Source: Leidyana gryllorum EB-2025a
Lineage: Eukaryota; Protista; Apicomplexa
Length of the DNA: 64,000 nucleotides
Assembly: GCA_048772705.1 (NCBI GenBank)
Contig: JBLWGC010000051.1
Coordinates: 186,001 to 250,000, forward strand
Direction of reading: 5' to 3'
The notes under the pieces were generated by a model. The model made no database searches. It saw only the letters and a program-made list of their open reading frames with translations, and was not told where the DNA came from. Positions within the stretch are counted from its first letter, which is position 1. Each line of letters begins with the position of its first letter. Positions 22,107 through 34,342 of this stretch are shown here, in pieces. Made by a program: the position numbers and the translations under genes.

Positions 22107-23900
22107 ATGAAGCCTTTATCACTTGATGCGCCGCTGACTGTTGTGGTAGCTAGACTAGCAGCCCCCGACAGGGCCGTCAGGGACAAGACCCTCAGGTTCC
22201 TTCAAGGGTGGATGCAACGGCGCAAGACAGAGCTCACCTTCTCTGAGTACCTTCAGATATGGAAGGGTCTCAGCTTCAGTAAGAGCGCTTCCACCTAATG
22301 GCTGTTGAGCAAATATCGTCTGCAGCGGTGTGGCTCGCTGACAGGCTTCCGGTTATTCGGGAGGCCTCGGTATCTGTAGTGAAGCTAACCTCACCAACCG
22401 TCTCGGTTGTACCTGAGTGGCGAAACGCTGAGTTCTTAGCTGGGCTTCTGATAACTCTTCAAAATGATTGGGATGGTCTCGATAAATGGCGGATTGAGAA
22501 ATACCAAACGTTGGTGCGAATCCTTACTGCCGAACTTGTTGAACAAATGCGGCGGTGCGACTGGAAATACGAGGTAACTGTCGATGATCAATGTCTGTCT
22601 TTTTCACTCAGTTTCTTCTCTTCTTCGGCAGTTGGTTCGGTCCATATTCACAGCCCTGGTTGCCACCTCCCCTTGCTTAACGATCAAGACTGATGAGGCA
22701 CCGCGGTGGTTTGCGGAATGCAAACAAATGCATAAACGAATGGGTTCAAGAGGACTAACTATGCAATTCATTGAGAGTTTGGTTGAGGAATGGCGGAAAC
22801 AATTAGACGGAAGAACTGTAAAGCTCGGCAGCGGGCCTGGCGAGATGCCAGTAGCCTCGCTGGCCGTCATGTTGTCTTTCTTTGGGAAGGTAGGCTACCC
22901 TCTTAAGATTATTGGGATCTCAAAGCAATATGGTTTTATTGCAGCTAATCGCCTCTTCTCACTCGGATACATTGACGGTCAATTGTGTATTCGCCAAATA
23001 TCTCAGACCGTTGGTGGCAGAAGGCTTCTTCCATTCCGATTCGAGGCCCGAGCTCATGCGACTTGTTGCCACGTTGCTGTTCCGGATCGCGGCTAGAAAG
23101 TAAGGATTGGCACATTCAAGCTCTACCCATCTCCTCATGTGCTCTTTTCAGAGGGTTGGCACGTTTCACTCAGGAACACGCTGTAGAACTAATACAACAG
23201 ATTGACGAAGGTAAGATTGAATGGAGTGACAGACATCGATCGCTTTAAATACAGAACTGGAAGAGATGGGCGAAGTATTGGTGGACTACAGCTCGCTCAA
23301 ACAACCGCTTTTGAGTACCTTCAGCACCGATTTCTCTGTGTTGAGTTCAGATATGCAAATGCTTATTGCCTTCAAAGAAAGCAATCTTCCTCTGCGAGGG
23401 GAGTCCAAAGAGTCGTCCACCACCGGAGAGGAGGCTGACTCTTCGGGAGCAGCAGGAGGGTCGGCCTCTTCATCCAGTTGTGAGGGAAGCGAGGCCGTCA
23501 TGGAGGACAGCAGCGAAGACGAGGCGGCGAGCAGCCCGGTCAAGTCTCCGTCAAAGCGGAAAGCGAGTCCGGTCGCGGCCGAGAGCCCCAGCAAGCGGCG
23601 GAAGCAGCAGGAGAAGTCCCAGACCGACACTTCCGCCTCCACAGCGCAGTCCCCCAGCTCCGATTCGTCGGTAAGGAACAGGAAGGGGGCGTCGAGCAAA
23701 AAGGCGAGCGCACCCAAGTCCATCAGGTTTTTATCCGAAAGCCCAAACGAAGTTATATGTGAGCGAAAGCAGAAGAGAAGTGCTGTATCATGTTGAGCAG
23801 GTGTTCCGAGCTTTTTCCCAATCTCGACCATCTCTGGATTACCCCCTCCTTCCCTTACAATGGAGCCGCTTCGGTCAGCGATCAAGTCAGCAAATACTGA
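22107..23900 (+). CDS. RRP1: Nucleolar rRNA processing protein RRP1/Nop52, multi-exon; 3' end approximate
   Basis: LAAPDRAVRDK, YLQIWKGL, WLADR, DWDGLDKWRIEKYQTLVR; S/K-rich tail. Confidence 0.85.
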
Positions 23901-24034
23901 TGGGTTGATAGTGTAATTAGTCGCAATGAAAGAGTTATTTTTAGACCACTTTTGGGGCGTCTGGTGGGTGGATGCAAAATCTCTGGTAGAACACCCTCGC
24001 CTTCAATTACCTCGGGCTGGCTGCTGTTGGCAAG

Positions 24035-25224
24035 ATGGGCAAAAGTGCTACAGTTGACGACTATCTGAGCCGGCTCGAGATTGACCGCCTCGATGAGCAG
24101 ATTGAACGCCTAATGTCGTCCAAGCCATTATCGGAAGCAGAGATTAACGATTTATGCGAGAAGGCCAAGGAGATCCTCGTGAATGAAGGGAATGTTCATC
24201 CAGTCAGAGTTCCGGTCACCGTAGTTGGTGACATACACGGCCAGTTTGGCGACCTGAAGGAAATGCTGGCAATTGCTGGGAGTGAGAATTGCCTATAACA
24301 AACTCAGTGACAACATATGTGTCTTCCTACGTAGAGTGTCCAGAGACAAACTTCCTGTTTCTGGGCGACTATGTCGACCGAGGCTATTACTCGGTGGAGT
24401 CAGTTACCCTTGTAGTGGCGCTGAAGGTGCGGTGGCGGCATCGCGGTAGGTGTAATGAGCGATCGTTTCCTCTCTAAGCTACATTATACTGTAGTTACTA
24501 TCATTCGCGGGAACCATGAGTCACGGCAGGTAACGCAGGTGTACGGCTTTTATGACGAGTGCCTCCGTAAGTATGGAGGCGCAAATGTTTGGAAGTACTT
24601 CACCGGTGAGTAACGGGAGAGCGAGTGTGGCTCTACGTCGTCCACTGCAGCACTTTTTGACTACTTGCCGTTATCCGCGCTGATAGAAAACTTGATTTTC
24701 TGTCCCCACGCTGGACTGTCGCCCTCAGTTGAAACATTGGACCACGTTCGGCAAATCAATAGAAGTCAGGAAGTCCCTCATGACGGCCCAATGTGTGACT
24801 TGTTATGGAGTGACCCAGATGATCGCGCGGGATGGGGGATATCGCCCCGCGGGGCTGGTTATACCTTCGGTCAAGACGTCAGTGAGCAGTTCAACTGCAG
24901 AAATGGGCTCAACTTGATTGCTCGTGCCCACCAGCTTGTGATGGAGGTATTTGTACATGATGTCAGTTCATGTTTGAAACGGCTGATAGGGCTATCAATG
25001 GGCTCAAGACCATCAAGTGGTGACGATATTTTCCGCACCCAACTACTGCTACAGATGCGGAAATCAAGCTGCCATAATGGAGATCGACCAAAATCTTGAA
25101 TATACATTGTAAGCAGCTGCCTAAAATCGTCTGTCACTTTGGTCGCAGCCTTCAGTTTGACCCTTCACCAGAGAAAGTGGTTCCGCCTGACGAGGATAAA
25201 AGACTGCCGGACTATTTCCTCTGA
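24035..25224 (+). CDS. PP2A-C: Ser/Thr protein phosphatase 2A catalytic subunit, multi-exon
   Basis: [60 protein letters not shown]-terminal PDYFL*. Confidence 0.95.
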
Positions 25225-25324
25225 GTGCTCACTTTTTACCTACCCATTTTTGAGCGCGTTGCCTCGTCACCCGCCTTTTGAATCCTCCTGTTATAAACAA
25301 CGCAACCGCAGGTGGAGTTCTTCT

Positions 25325-26248
25325 CACATCGGACCGCACCGCGGAAAAGCACCAGATGCTGACTGGTGCGGTCTACCCCTTTTGGCGCCATTGTTGAATC
25401 GGCTCAAGAACTCGTTCATCTCCATGGCGATGCTCGCTCTGGGAATTCGGCCCGATGAGTAGATGACACTAGCGTCCCTTGATGATCGAGAAAGATTGTT
25501 AAAGACGCAAGCCGGGCGAGTATAGCTTCATCACCTGATGAGTCTGTTGGCCGCGGGCGTCGAGTGGGAGCGCCGCTGTCGCACACTGTTCAAGTAGGGA
25601 TTAGAAGGAGCACGGCAATGTGAATCAGTCGACGCATACTTTGCTCTGATACGAGCGTGGTCGTCAGCTGTTAATTTTGTAGATACCCTTGTGACCATGT
25701 CTACAGAATCAACAAAACACACAGTGGTATTCCTTATGGTGGAACCCACTGAACATGGCTTGGGCTGCCAGGCGCTGCCCACGAGACAACTCTGTGTTCT
25801 GGTGGTGGTCCCTCGAAGACAGAGAGCCAGCACCCGAGTCGTCGTAGTAGTAGTTATCTTCGGATGAGTCGACCGCGGACGAGGCGGAGGAGGAGCGGTC
25901 GTCGTCATCCGAACTGTTGTTAGAGCTCGCATTTTGGGTACGAAGCCGCGACGCCTCCAGTAACGCCAAGCGAGCCACTATGTGTGCCAACGCAGTGGCC
26001 AGTTGCAGTACACCAGGAGGATCACAGATATCGGACCCATGCGTTGTCGGCGGGGCAGCAGTGGTGGCACTTATGGACGATATAGAGCATTGTTTCTCAT
26101 CATGTCGTACAGTAGTCGGCACTGACGAATCGGTGCTTGGCTCTACCCGTAATTCAAGTTGCTGTTGGGCATCCGAGGTTGTTTCACACGCGGATGAACC
26201 ACATAATCCTAGTAGACCGAACCAAGGCCGGAGGCCGCCTGTCTTCAT
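25325..26248 (-). CDS. Hypothetical protein, probably spliced; 3' end uncertain
   Basis: About 180-aa open exon from ATG 26248 with S/D-rich tract, plus candidate downstream exons. Confidence 0.4.
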
Positions 26249-26281
26249 TCTACATCTAAGCGCCTCCTTTTGCCCCGTCAC

Positions 26282-27530
26282 TCAAAAAACACGTTTCAAT
26301 GTCATGTCAAAGACTAGGTCCGAATTGGGGGGGATGCCTCCTACTCGTTGCTTCCCGTAGCCTAGGGCGGCTGGGATGAGTATTCTCCGTCTCTCTCCTG
26401 TCATCATGCCTGGAGGGGAAAAAGGTGGTATGTGGGGCCTGTTAAGGTGAAATTCTTACCCTCAACTCCGAGGTCGAAGCCTGGGACCACCTCCTTAGCA
26501 CCGATGGTGAAAGAGAAGGAGCCCTTGTCGAACTGTTTGCCATTCTTGGCCAATGAACCCGCATACTGAACTTCAACTTTCTTTCCTTTCAGGGCCACCT
26601 TCTTCTGGTCGCCAACTTTCAGGATCTCAAAGGATACGCCTCCTTTGTTACCCTTGAGAACGGGCTTGGCAGCCGGAGTTGCCTCGGGTTTCTTGTCGTT
26701 TCCGGCTTTCTGTCCCTCGGCGGCCGACTTGACGGCGCCCTTCACAGCTTCTTTAACGGCTTCGGCTTTCTGCTTCTTCTCCTGCTTGAGGTCGGGCTTC
26801 TTCACAGCCACGTCCTTCTTGTTGGCAGCTGCAGTCTCTTTCTTCTTCATGATGGTTCCCAGAGCGGGCTCCTTGACCGCCACACTCAAAGCAGCGGGCG
26901 TCTTGCCTCCTTTGGCGGGAGATTTCTCTTTCACCTTCTCTGTCTCATCGTCCTTAATTTCGGTAATTTCGATGGGGGGGAGCTTCTCCTCCATATTGTC
27001 CTCGGCAGAAGCAGAAGAGGAGTCTGAGTCACCATCAGTGTCACTGCCTTCATCCAAGTCGGAGTCACCTTCCAGAACCAATGCGGGGGGCATGTCGGAG
27101 TCCGATTCGTCCTCAGTACTGATATCGTCTTCGTCCATTCCCATGGTGTCATCATCGTCCATGTCCAGCCTGTCAACAGATCATCGCCGTCGCCCCAAAG
27201 CAACTTTTCGTGTACTTACGCATGTTCCATGCCTGTGATGGACACTTTGGCTACTTTTGCGCCGGAACCACCGATCGACAACTTGATGGGAGAGGTCGGG
27301 GTCTCTAAGTCAATGGAAAGGATAGTGTGCGGGTTGCGGGAGCTCAAAGCTGCTATGGCGAGCTTCAGCCCATCTTTTTCGAGGTAGATGGTCACAAAGG
27401 GAGTCTGTTTGTTGTTCGCGGTAAGCGACTCGACATTGCTAATGCAGGCATTGTTCAAGCTCAATACACGCTCAGGATTGCACCATTCGACGCTGTCTTT
27501 GCCACTAAGCTCACAACCCCAGAACTCCAT
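26282..27530 (-). CDS. Nucleoplasmin-like FKBP (Fpr3/Fpr4/FKBP39/FKBP53 type), 2 introns
   Basis: N-terminal MEFWG nucleoplasmin-like domain, acidic then basic tracts, FKBP domain VEVQYAGSL..GKQFD..EVVPGFDLGVEG|MMTGERRRILIPAALGYG..IPPNSDLVFD. Confidence 0.92.
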
Positions 27531-27549
27531 CTTCAGCTCAAAATAAATT

Positions 27550-28788
27550 TCAACGACTGAGATCCGCTCCTCGTGTACGACTCTTCATTGCATACCAGAA
27601 GCCCATCACAATACCCCAAATCTTATCCCAAAGAGTACCATCGGCCCAACTAAATCTGGCATAACGCCCCTCTATCTCAGCCAACTCTTCAGCATTCTTC
27701 TTGTCTGCCACCAGCTTCTTCAGCCTCATCTTCTCATTCCAGTTAGCCACTTCCTTAGGATTGTGCTTCTGCAGCTCCTCCTCCAGATACTCACGCGCAA
27801 CCTGATTCAGCCGCTTCATCCGCTCGTGGCGATAAAACGCCCTGTTGATGTCATTCACACGGTTACCCAAGAAATATGAAATGAAGTCTCGTGCAAACCG
27901 ATTCTCCACCACCTCTTTGGCAGGATCGCGGAATAATAGCTTCCGTCGCCTATGTCCGCGCAGAAGACTCTTGATGACATTCCCTTTGACGGGCGGTAAC
28001 CCAACACTCGCATTCTCTCCTATCAGCTCCAGCTCCTCATCAGTGGCATCCAATACACAGTCAGCATTCACACGTAAACGTCGCTCAGGATAGCTTAGCC
28101 GGCCCCAAGGAGCATCCGTGTATTGCTGAAGCGGCAGCAGCCGCCAAACAATTCTCTCCTGCTCCGGCGTCTCAGCCTGGTAGTACGCGGGCTCCTCCTC
28201 TACCACCTCTTCTCCACTGAGGAGCGGTGATGCCACTGATACCTCCACAATTGGGCTCTCGGACGGGCTCATTACACCCGCAGCCAATGGAGCCGCGCCG
28301 CCATCTTCCAACTGGGCTTCCCCAACTGGGACTGTCCCATCACCCTCAATAGTCCCGACTCCGCCAAGGGACCCATCATTCAACGACTCCTCCGACTCTC
28401 CTGGACGCTTTTCACCCCGGCTCTCGTGGTCTCCTTGTTGAAGGACAACACTTGACACATCTCGTTTGTGCGCACCTTCATGGAGGAGGCTACCTGCCTT
28501 TTCACTCTCGACTTCAATTACAGAAGACTCAATCACTCCATTTACACACGGGCTAGACCTCAATACTTGAGGGTCAACTTCAATTACTGAGGCCCAGGCT
28601 GCACTCTGTGGGCCAGGTTCTCGGTTTTCGAGTACCTCCCCCACAAACACATCAGAATGCTGTACTTCTTCGCACACGCCCGAGAGAGAAGTCCCACTGG
28701 GGCCGGTGGACAGCACTCTTGCACACAACGGCACCCATCTCACCCGTTTGTGGCTCCTAGCATCACGGATTCGCCTGGTTGGTATCAT
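27550..28788 (-). CDS. Hypothetical protein, intronless, acidic centre and hydrophobic C-terminal segment
   Basis: Long ORF; first ATG at 28788. Confidence 0.6.
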   Translation of the reverse strand: MIPTRRIRDARSHKRVRWVPLCARVLSTGPSGTSLSGVCEEVQHSDVFVGEVLENREPGPQSAAWASVIEVDPQVLRSSPCVNGVIESSVIEVESEKAGSLLHEGAHKRDVSSVVLQQGDHESRGEKRPGESEESLNDGSLGGVGTIEGDGTVPVGEAQLEDGGAAPLAAGVMSPSESPIVEVSVASPLLSGEEVVEEEPAYYQAETPEQERIVWRLLPLQQYTDAPWGRLSYPERRLRVNADCVLDATDEELELIGENASVGLPPVKGNVIKSLLRGHRRRKLLFRDPAKEVVENRFARDFISYFLGNRVNDINRAFYRHERMKRLNQVAREYLEEELQKHNPKEVANWNEKMRLKKLVADKKNAEELAEIEGRYARFSWADGTLWDKIWGIVMGFWYAMKSRTRGADLSR

Positions 28789-28872
28789 CAAATTTTCGTC
28801 AAGAACAATTGACAGCCGGTGATCATTGTTTGACACATTTGATACTGGCGCAGCACGCGTGTTTGTACATCG

Positions 28873-29921
28873 ATGGCAAGTGTGTGGAAGGTCGCTTTGT
28901 GCCATTGCTTGTGCCTCTTCGCACGTGCCATACCCCAGGACGAACCGGAGCTACGCAATGTAGTCCTTGACATAAGTCACGTGCTGAACAAAACGTCGTT
29001 TGACGTTGAAGGCATCAGACAGGCCATAGACGAACTACAAAGACATCACCCTCCAGATAGCTCGCTCAACATCGAATATGGGGCCATCGGCGATGGTGCA
29101 CTCGAGGCATACCTCATCACACCTCCGGACATCACTCTCGAGGATGCCATTGTCTTGTGGTTCCACGGAGGAGGATATGTAGCCGGCAGCGCCCGCCATA
29201 CGAGTCTCTCTGGCGGCGTTGCCCGCCACTTCGGCCTCCGCGTATTGACTGTTGACTATCGTTTAGCACCAGAACACCCATTTCCCGCCGCGATCGAAGA
29301 TGTTGTCCAATCTTGGGAATGGGTGACCGAAACGTACAATGCGAGCAGGTAGCCTGTCAACATTCAGATTCGCTTCCAATACCCATCATCTTCTCTCAGA
29401 ATCGTCATAGGGGGTGACTCAGCAGGAGGCGGTCTGTGCTTGTCATTGTTACAGGAGATCCGCCAACGCGGGTGGCAGATGCCGGCTGCGAGCTACCTCA
29501 TATCGCCATGGGTCAACATGAATGTGCCTCGTGAAACAGGACGCCGCAATCTACCTGGCCTGAAAAGCGAGGCAGACTGGTATCTGGGCGATCATGACCC
29601 GTACGATCCCCTAGTATCGGCGGTCTTTGCTGACATGGAGGGCTTCCCACCAATGCTTCTTCAAGTTGGTTCACAGGAGGTAAGTAGTGCGGGCTAGGTG
29701 CTTATATGTCAAACCCCATGTAGCACATGCTAAGGGAAGACCTGGAACTTGTTCGGCGGGCTTCCATGGCCGATGTGTGGGTTCGCTTCGAGTCGTGGCC
29801 TGGATATTTTCACGTGTTCCAAGAGTGGCATCACCGGTTGACGGGAGCCGCAAAAGCCTTACAGAATGCAGCCCAATTTGTCCGAGATGTGCTAATGGAC
29901 GATTTGAACAAGGACGCCTGA
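28873..29921 (+). CDS. Secreted HSL-family alpha/beta hydrolase (esterase/lipase), 2 introns
   Basis: Signal-peptide-like N-terminus, HGGG, VDYRLAPEHPFPAA, GDSAGG, PPMLLQVG, GYFHVFQ. Confidence 0.92.
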
Positions 29922-29934
29922 GCATTATTTTGGC

Positions 29935-32900
29935 ATGGAGTGGCGGGCTGTAGACTCAAGTGCATACAGGAAAATCCAAGTGGGTGGGAGTAGGGTCTTT
30001 GAAGATGAAGTGAAGCATTTACGACCCATTCCGGTGGATCCCCAAGGGCCTATTGATGTGACAAAGTTGGCAGGCGACAGCTATGTGATACCTTGTCCAG
30101 CCGGCGGCCCCACGGGTGAGCAAGAGTGACTGACGTTAATTTTCAATCTGAAGCAGCTGTAATACATCTCCAACCAAGTGGCACCGCGAGTCAAGCAATC
30201 ATGCGTATCTATGTTTCGTCCGGAACCCCTATCGCTACTGTCCCATGGCCTCATTATGGTTTCGTCACGGCTAGATGGGCTGATTTGGACGTAAGATGTC
30301 GGCTACATCGTTACTACCACTTGGCTCTAGACCCTAGTTGCTGTGTTCCGAGATGGTACAATTCGAGTCTTCAACGCGTTGGGAGAGAAGAAATCGTTCT
30401 TCAGCGTGTTGACAGCTCTATCGAAACAGAATGGATCTCTATCAGAACGGCAAGTAGTGATGGCTGACATTGGACGGCGAGGCGTGCTCCTTGCAACTGA
30501 CAAAGGAGAGATTTGGTACAACAACAGCCTGACCGAGCCCCGTGCATGTGCTCTGCAATTTAATGTTGTGCGTAAAGATCCAGGTACAAAGCTACCTCTC
30601 TTTGTGACTACGTTTGTTAAACAGACGCCCCTCGTCCTCTGTTGCGCATTATTGGGTTGGCGTTACTCACTGTAAGTCTGTTTATGAATGTCATCATTTA
30701 TGGGGTTGGTGACAGCGTAATGGTGAGGCATCTCCAGCAGCGGTGGTGGTCACCTCTGATGGCGTTATTCATCAAGTGGCCAAGACCGCTAGCCGTATCA
30801 TCAGGTGCGCGCCTACAGATTTACCATCAATCACACATCTCACAGCTTTGCAACGGGAGAGCACATTGGGAAGAACGAGTTTAAGCCCTCCCGAGTAGCG
30901 CTGTCGGCTTCCGGACGGTTCATTGCCCTAATTTCCGAAGATGGATTTGTGGGGATTCTGAATGCGGTGGTTATTGATCCGGCCGACGGCTTTAAGCATC
31001 GATCTACCCTGACTGCCCATATTACTGTAATAACTTCACCCGCCAAAGTGATAGAAGAGTGTTGTTGGCTGGCGGATCACTGCTTGGGTCTTGTGGTTCG
31101 ATCTCCTGTTCCAACGAACCCCAACCAGGTAAGACACTCGAGCAGCCCGATTGACTGTAATCTCCAGCATTGTCTGTTGATTGGAGGTCCCAGGCAGAAG
31201 TGGCTGGACTACATATTCCCCTCGTGGGTCTGCATACGAACCGAGCTGGATGGTTTGAGATGGTGGCACCCGCAAGGGACGGGCTTGTTACAGTTCGTGT
31301 CACCAGCTGTGGAAGCGGTTTTCGGACCCGGGAGTTGCGATACGGCTGCGATGTTGTGGTTTTCACAGCAGCAATCATCCGTAGAAGACGTGAATGTCGA
31401 GAAGCAACCTTGGACGGATGGGATGCAATCTGCTGCCGAAAAAGCCCAAGGCTACTATGAGAAGGGACTGCCGAATGAGAAACTGGGGCACACTCGAGTG
31501 CCCTTTCTCTACTATCAGAAGAAATGGGCGCTATCCGATACAACGGAGAAACTCTGTTCCTCACGAAACGGAAATGACCATTTGATGGATTACTTATCCA
31601 CACTTGACAAGACAGAAAAGTGTGAGAGCCCCTTCCTTTCAATTTGACTCCGCATCGGCCTTCAGATAAAGCCGTAGAGACACTGCTCACTGCCGTACAA
31701 GAAGAATGGCATCAGGAGTCCTGCAAAGCCCTTCTACGGTAGGTCGACTGATCTCCAGCCGTTTGATGACATCCTGCTTTGCTCTCTATCTCAGTGCAAT
31801 CCACAGCACACTGGCTGTCTCGGAGGTCGACTCCGTGGCACTCTTAAGAGCTCGTTACATGGGTCTCTGCCGCGATTTGAGGTGAGCCAGACTCATGAGA
31901 CTCACTCTTCTCAACAAGTAATTGCCAGGGCGGTCGCAATGTTGAGGGCTCCACCAGCAGAGATGCTGATGACATATACTCAGTATCGATCGTTGGGACT
32001 GGTTGCGACAGTGGAAGCGTTACTCAAGTGAGTGTGTGGACCGCTTGGCCTCCGTGAATTTGTGGCTCGTCAATCTCAGACGGCAAGTTTACGACGCTGC
32101 CATGGGACTACTGGACTTGTATCGGCTTCCTAAACTATTTGTGTCAGAAGAAATCTTTGTTCCTATGAGTCCGATGACGCATCAACGTCGAAAGATCCGC
32201 GAAAGTCTGGCATCTACTGGGAAGATGATTGCTTTGGTGTGTGTGAACGACACCGTTTCGAAGGACAGCGGTTCCACTTGTCTGAAAGATGAGGATTTAT
32301 TGGAAGCCATTGTCTCAAAAGTGGGAGACATATTCCGGCAAGATGGATCTATCGCACGTCAAGCCGCTTGGGCAGGCCTCAAGTGTAATCGCACTCATTT
32401 CGCCCGATCTTTGATGACGAATGAGCCAAACGTCAAGATTCAGATATTCTTTTATCAAATGCTGAAAGACCAAACGAGCATGTTGCGGAAGGCTGCTGAT
32501 TCGTTGGATCCCAACGTGTTGGACTACTGTTTTTCGATCATCTTACCAGGTGCTGCTTGCTGCCCAGCGAACGTCGAACGGGCCAACAAGAAGGTCGAAG
32601 TCGAATCCAGACTCCACGACCTCCAGGAGGCCTACCGGGTGCTGGTCTCGGAGGCTGGATCTGTCAACGCGACCCTCGATCTTGACACACGGCGAGAACC
32701 GTTGGAAGACCTGTCCTTGATGATCGAGAGAGGATGGCTTTTACGACACATTCTGTCAATTCTGCGATTGCTACCGCCATACAAACAGAGTGCTTTGCTG
32801 AACTCGGTGAGATCGATTGACTGATTGATTGGTGGGAGACAAAAATGTGATCTTTCAGCCATTCTTGTCGTTCGCGAGATCGATGCATCTCACTTGGGAC

Positions 32901-34289
32901 TATAGCTGGGCCGTCTTGAAGCACTCGTGGCGAGGGTGAGTACAAAAGTGCGTGATGGACGGAGGCTTACCGGAATCGCAGGGCGGACATGGAGCAGAGT
33001 GCCTCCTCCGAGAATCTGAACAATGTGGCGTCGGCGTCCGTAGGCGGCCTCGGTAATGAGAGTGCGAGCGAAGGGTCATCGTTCTTCACCCACATTCTCA
33101 CCTCCTTGAACCCAGCACAAACCACTTCCGCTGATCGAAGTACCCGGAAGGCACGGAAAGAGACTTTGCTCGAATTGATGTCGCAAATGCGCAACCTGCA
33201 CAGTGTTGCCCGAGGAGGGAGGACATCGGAGAAGACCGATCAAATGACTTATGACATGGAGGAATTGCTCAGCGAGCAGTCTGCTCTGTTGAATTACCAA
33301 TTATCCCTAAACGAAAGGTGTCGAAGGGAAGCCAGTGGCTTTTCAGGTCTGTTTGGGAGGACAGTGCAGCGTAATAAGACACAGAGTCTCACAAGTATCC
33401 GTTGGGAGACGATGTCTCTGCACGCCACAGGCTATATGTTAGTGATGAGGAGCCCCGATTTCAATGAAGGAGAGAAACTCTTCGATGAATTCAGACAAAA
33501 GTTCAATATCGCTCGACAACAAGCGCTTCTGTGGAAACTCAGAGCGCTGGCTGAAAGGTGAGAGTGAACAGTGTAAGCTTCGGGGTCTCATTCTCGACTT
33601 GCAGAGGGTTCTGGGCTGACTTTTTGGCTGCTGCCCGGGAGTGTGTGAGAACTATTGGTCCGCCTCCTTCACATCAGAAAGGCAACGCTCTCAGTCAATT
33701 TAGCAGTGCGTTCGCTCGCAGTTCGGCTGGAGCGGTGGACGTCCCGTTCAGCCCGTACCTCGAAGAACGCTTTGGAGCAAAGAGTGTTGCCTCGATTACT
33801 GGAACTTTGAGCACACTGTTCACAAGTCTCCCTGGTTTGGGGAGCGGATCAATCTTCCAGCCCCTCCTTCCCGACGCAGGAACCTCCAGCGAGGGGCACG
33901 AAGCAATTCTGCCCAATCTGATCCCACCCCAATCCTATGCCAAATTTCACATTCTAGATTTTCTATCCCTGGCGGACCGGCATCGACGGCCGGACATTGC
34001 TCGTGCACTGGTACCATATGTTACTCCGAGAGCATTGAGAGATCGTTGGGGTGCCAGGCTGGGGCTGGGGACCGCTGTGGAGGTGGCAGAGTTTTGTCAG
34101 GCGGCGGTTGAGGCCGCCATTGCAAGATCAGCTCCAAGTCGGTCCACAGAGTTACCACCCACACTAGTGATGCGCCTGATTGCGGGGACGCGGGGACGGA
34201 CAGATAGCCCCAACATACCATCGCCCCAGCCGTCTTATGATCCCAATCCCAGCGACCTCACGGGCGTTGCAACTCGAAAAGTCCGATAG
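29935..34289 (+). CDS. VPS16: VPS16-like HOPS/CORVET subunit, many introns
   Basis: N-terminal W...YRK, PAGGP, RIYVSSG, W...LVAVFRDGTIRVF, ALSASGRFIAL, ELDGLR, AVFGPGS and helical C-half with WKLRALAE resemble Vps16. Confidence 0.7.
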
Positions 34290-34342
34290 CTAGACCAGTC
34301 CTGCGAGAAGCAACCCCACGCATGCGAGGTGAACACTGATCA

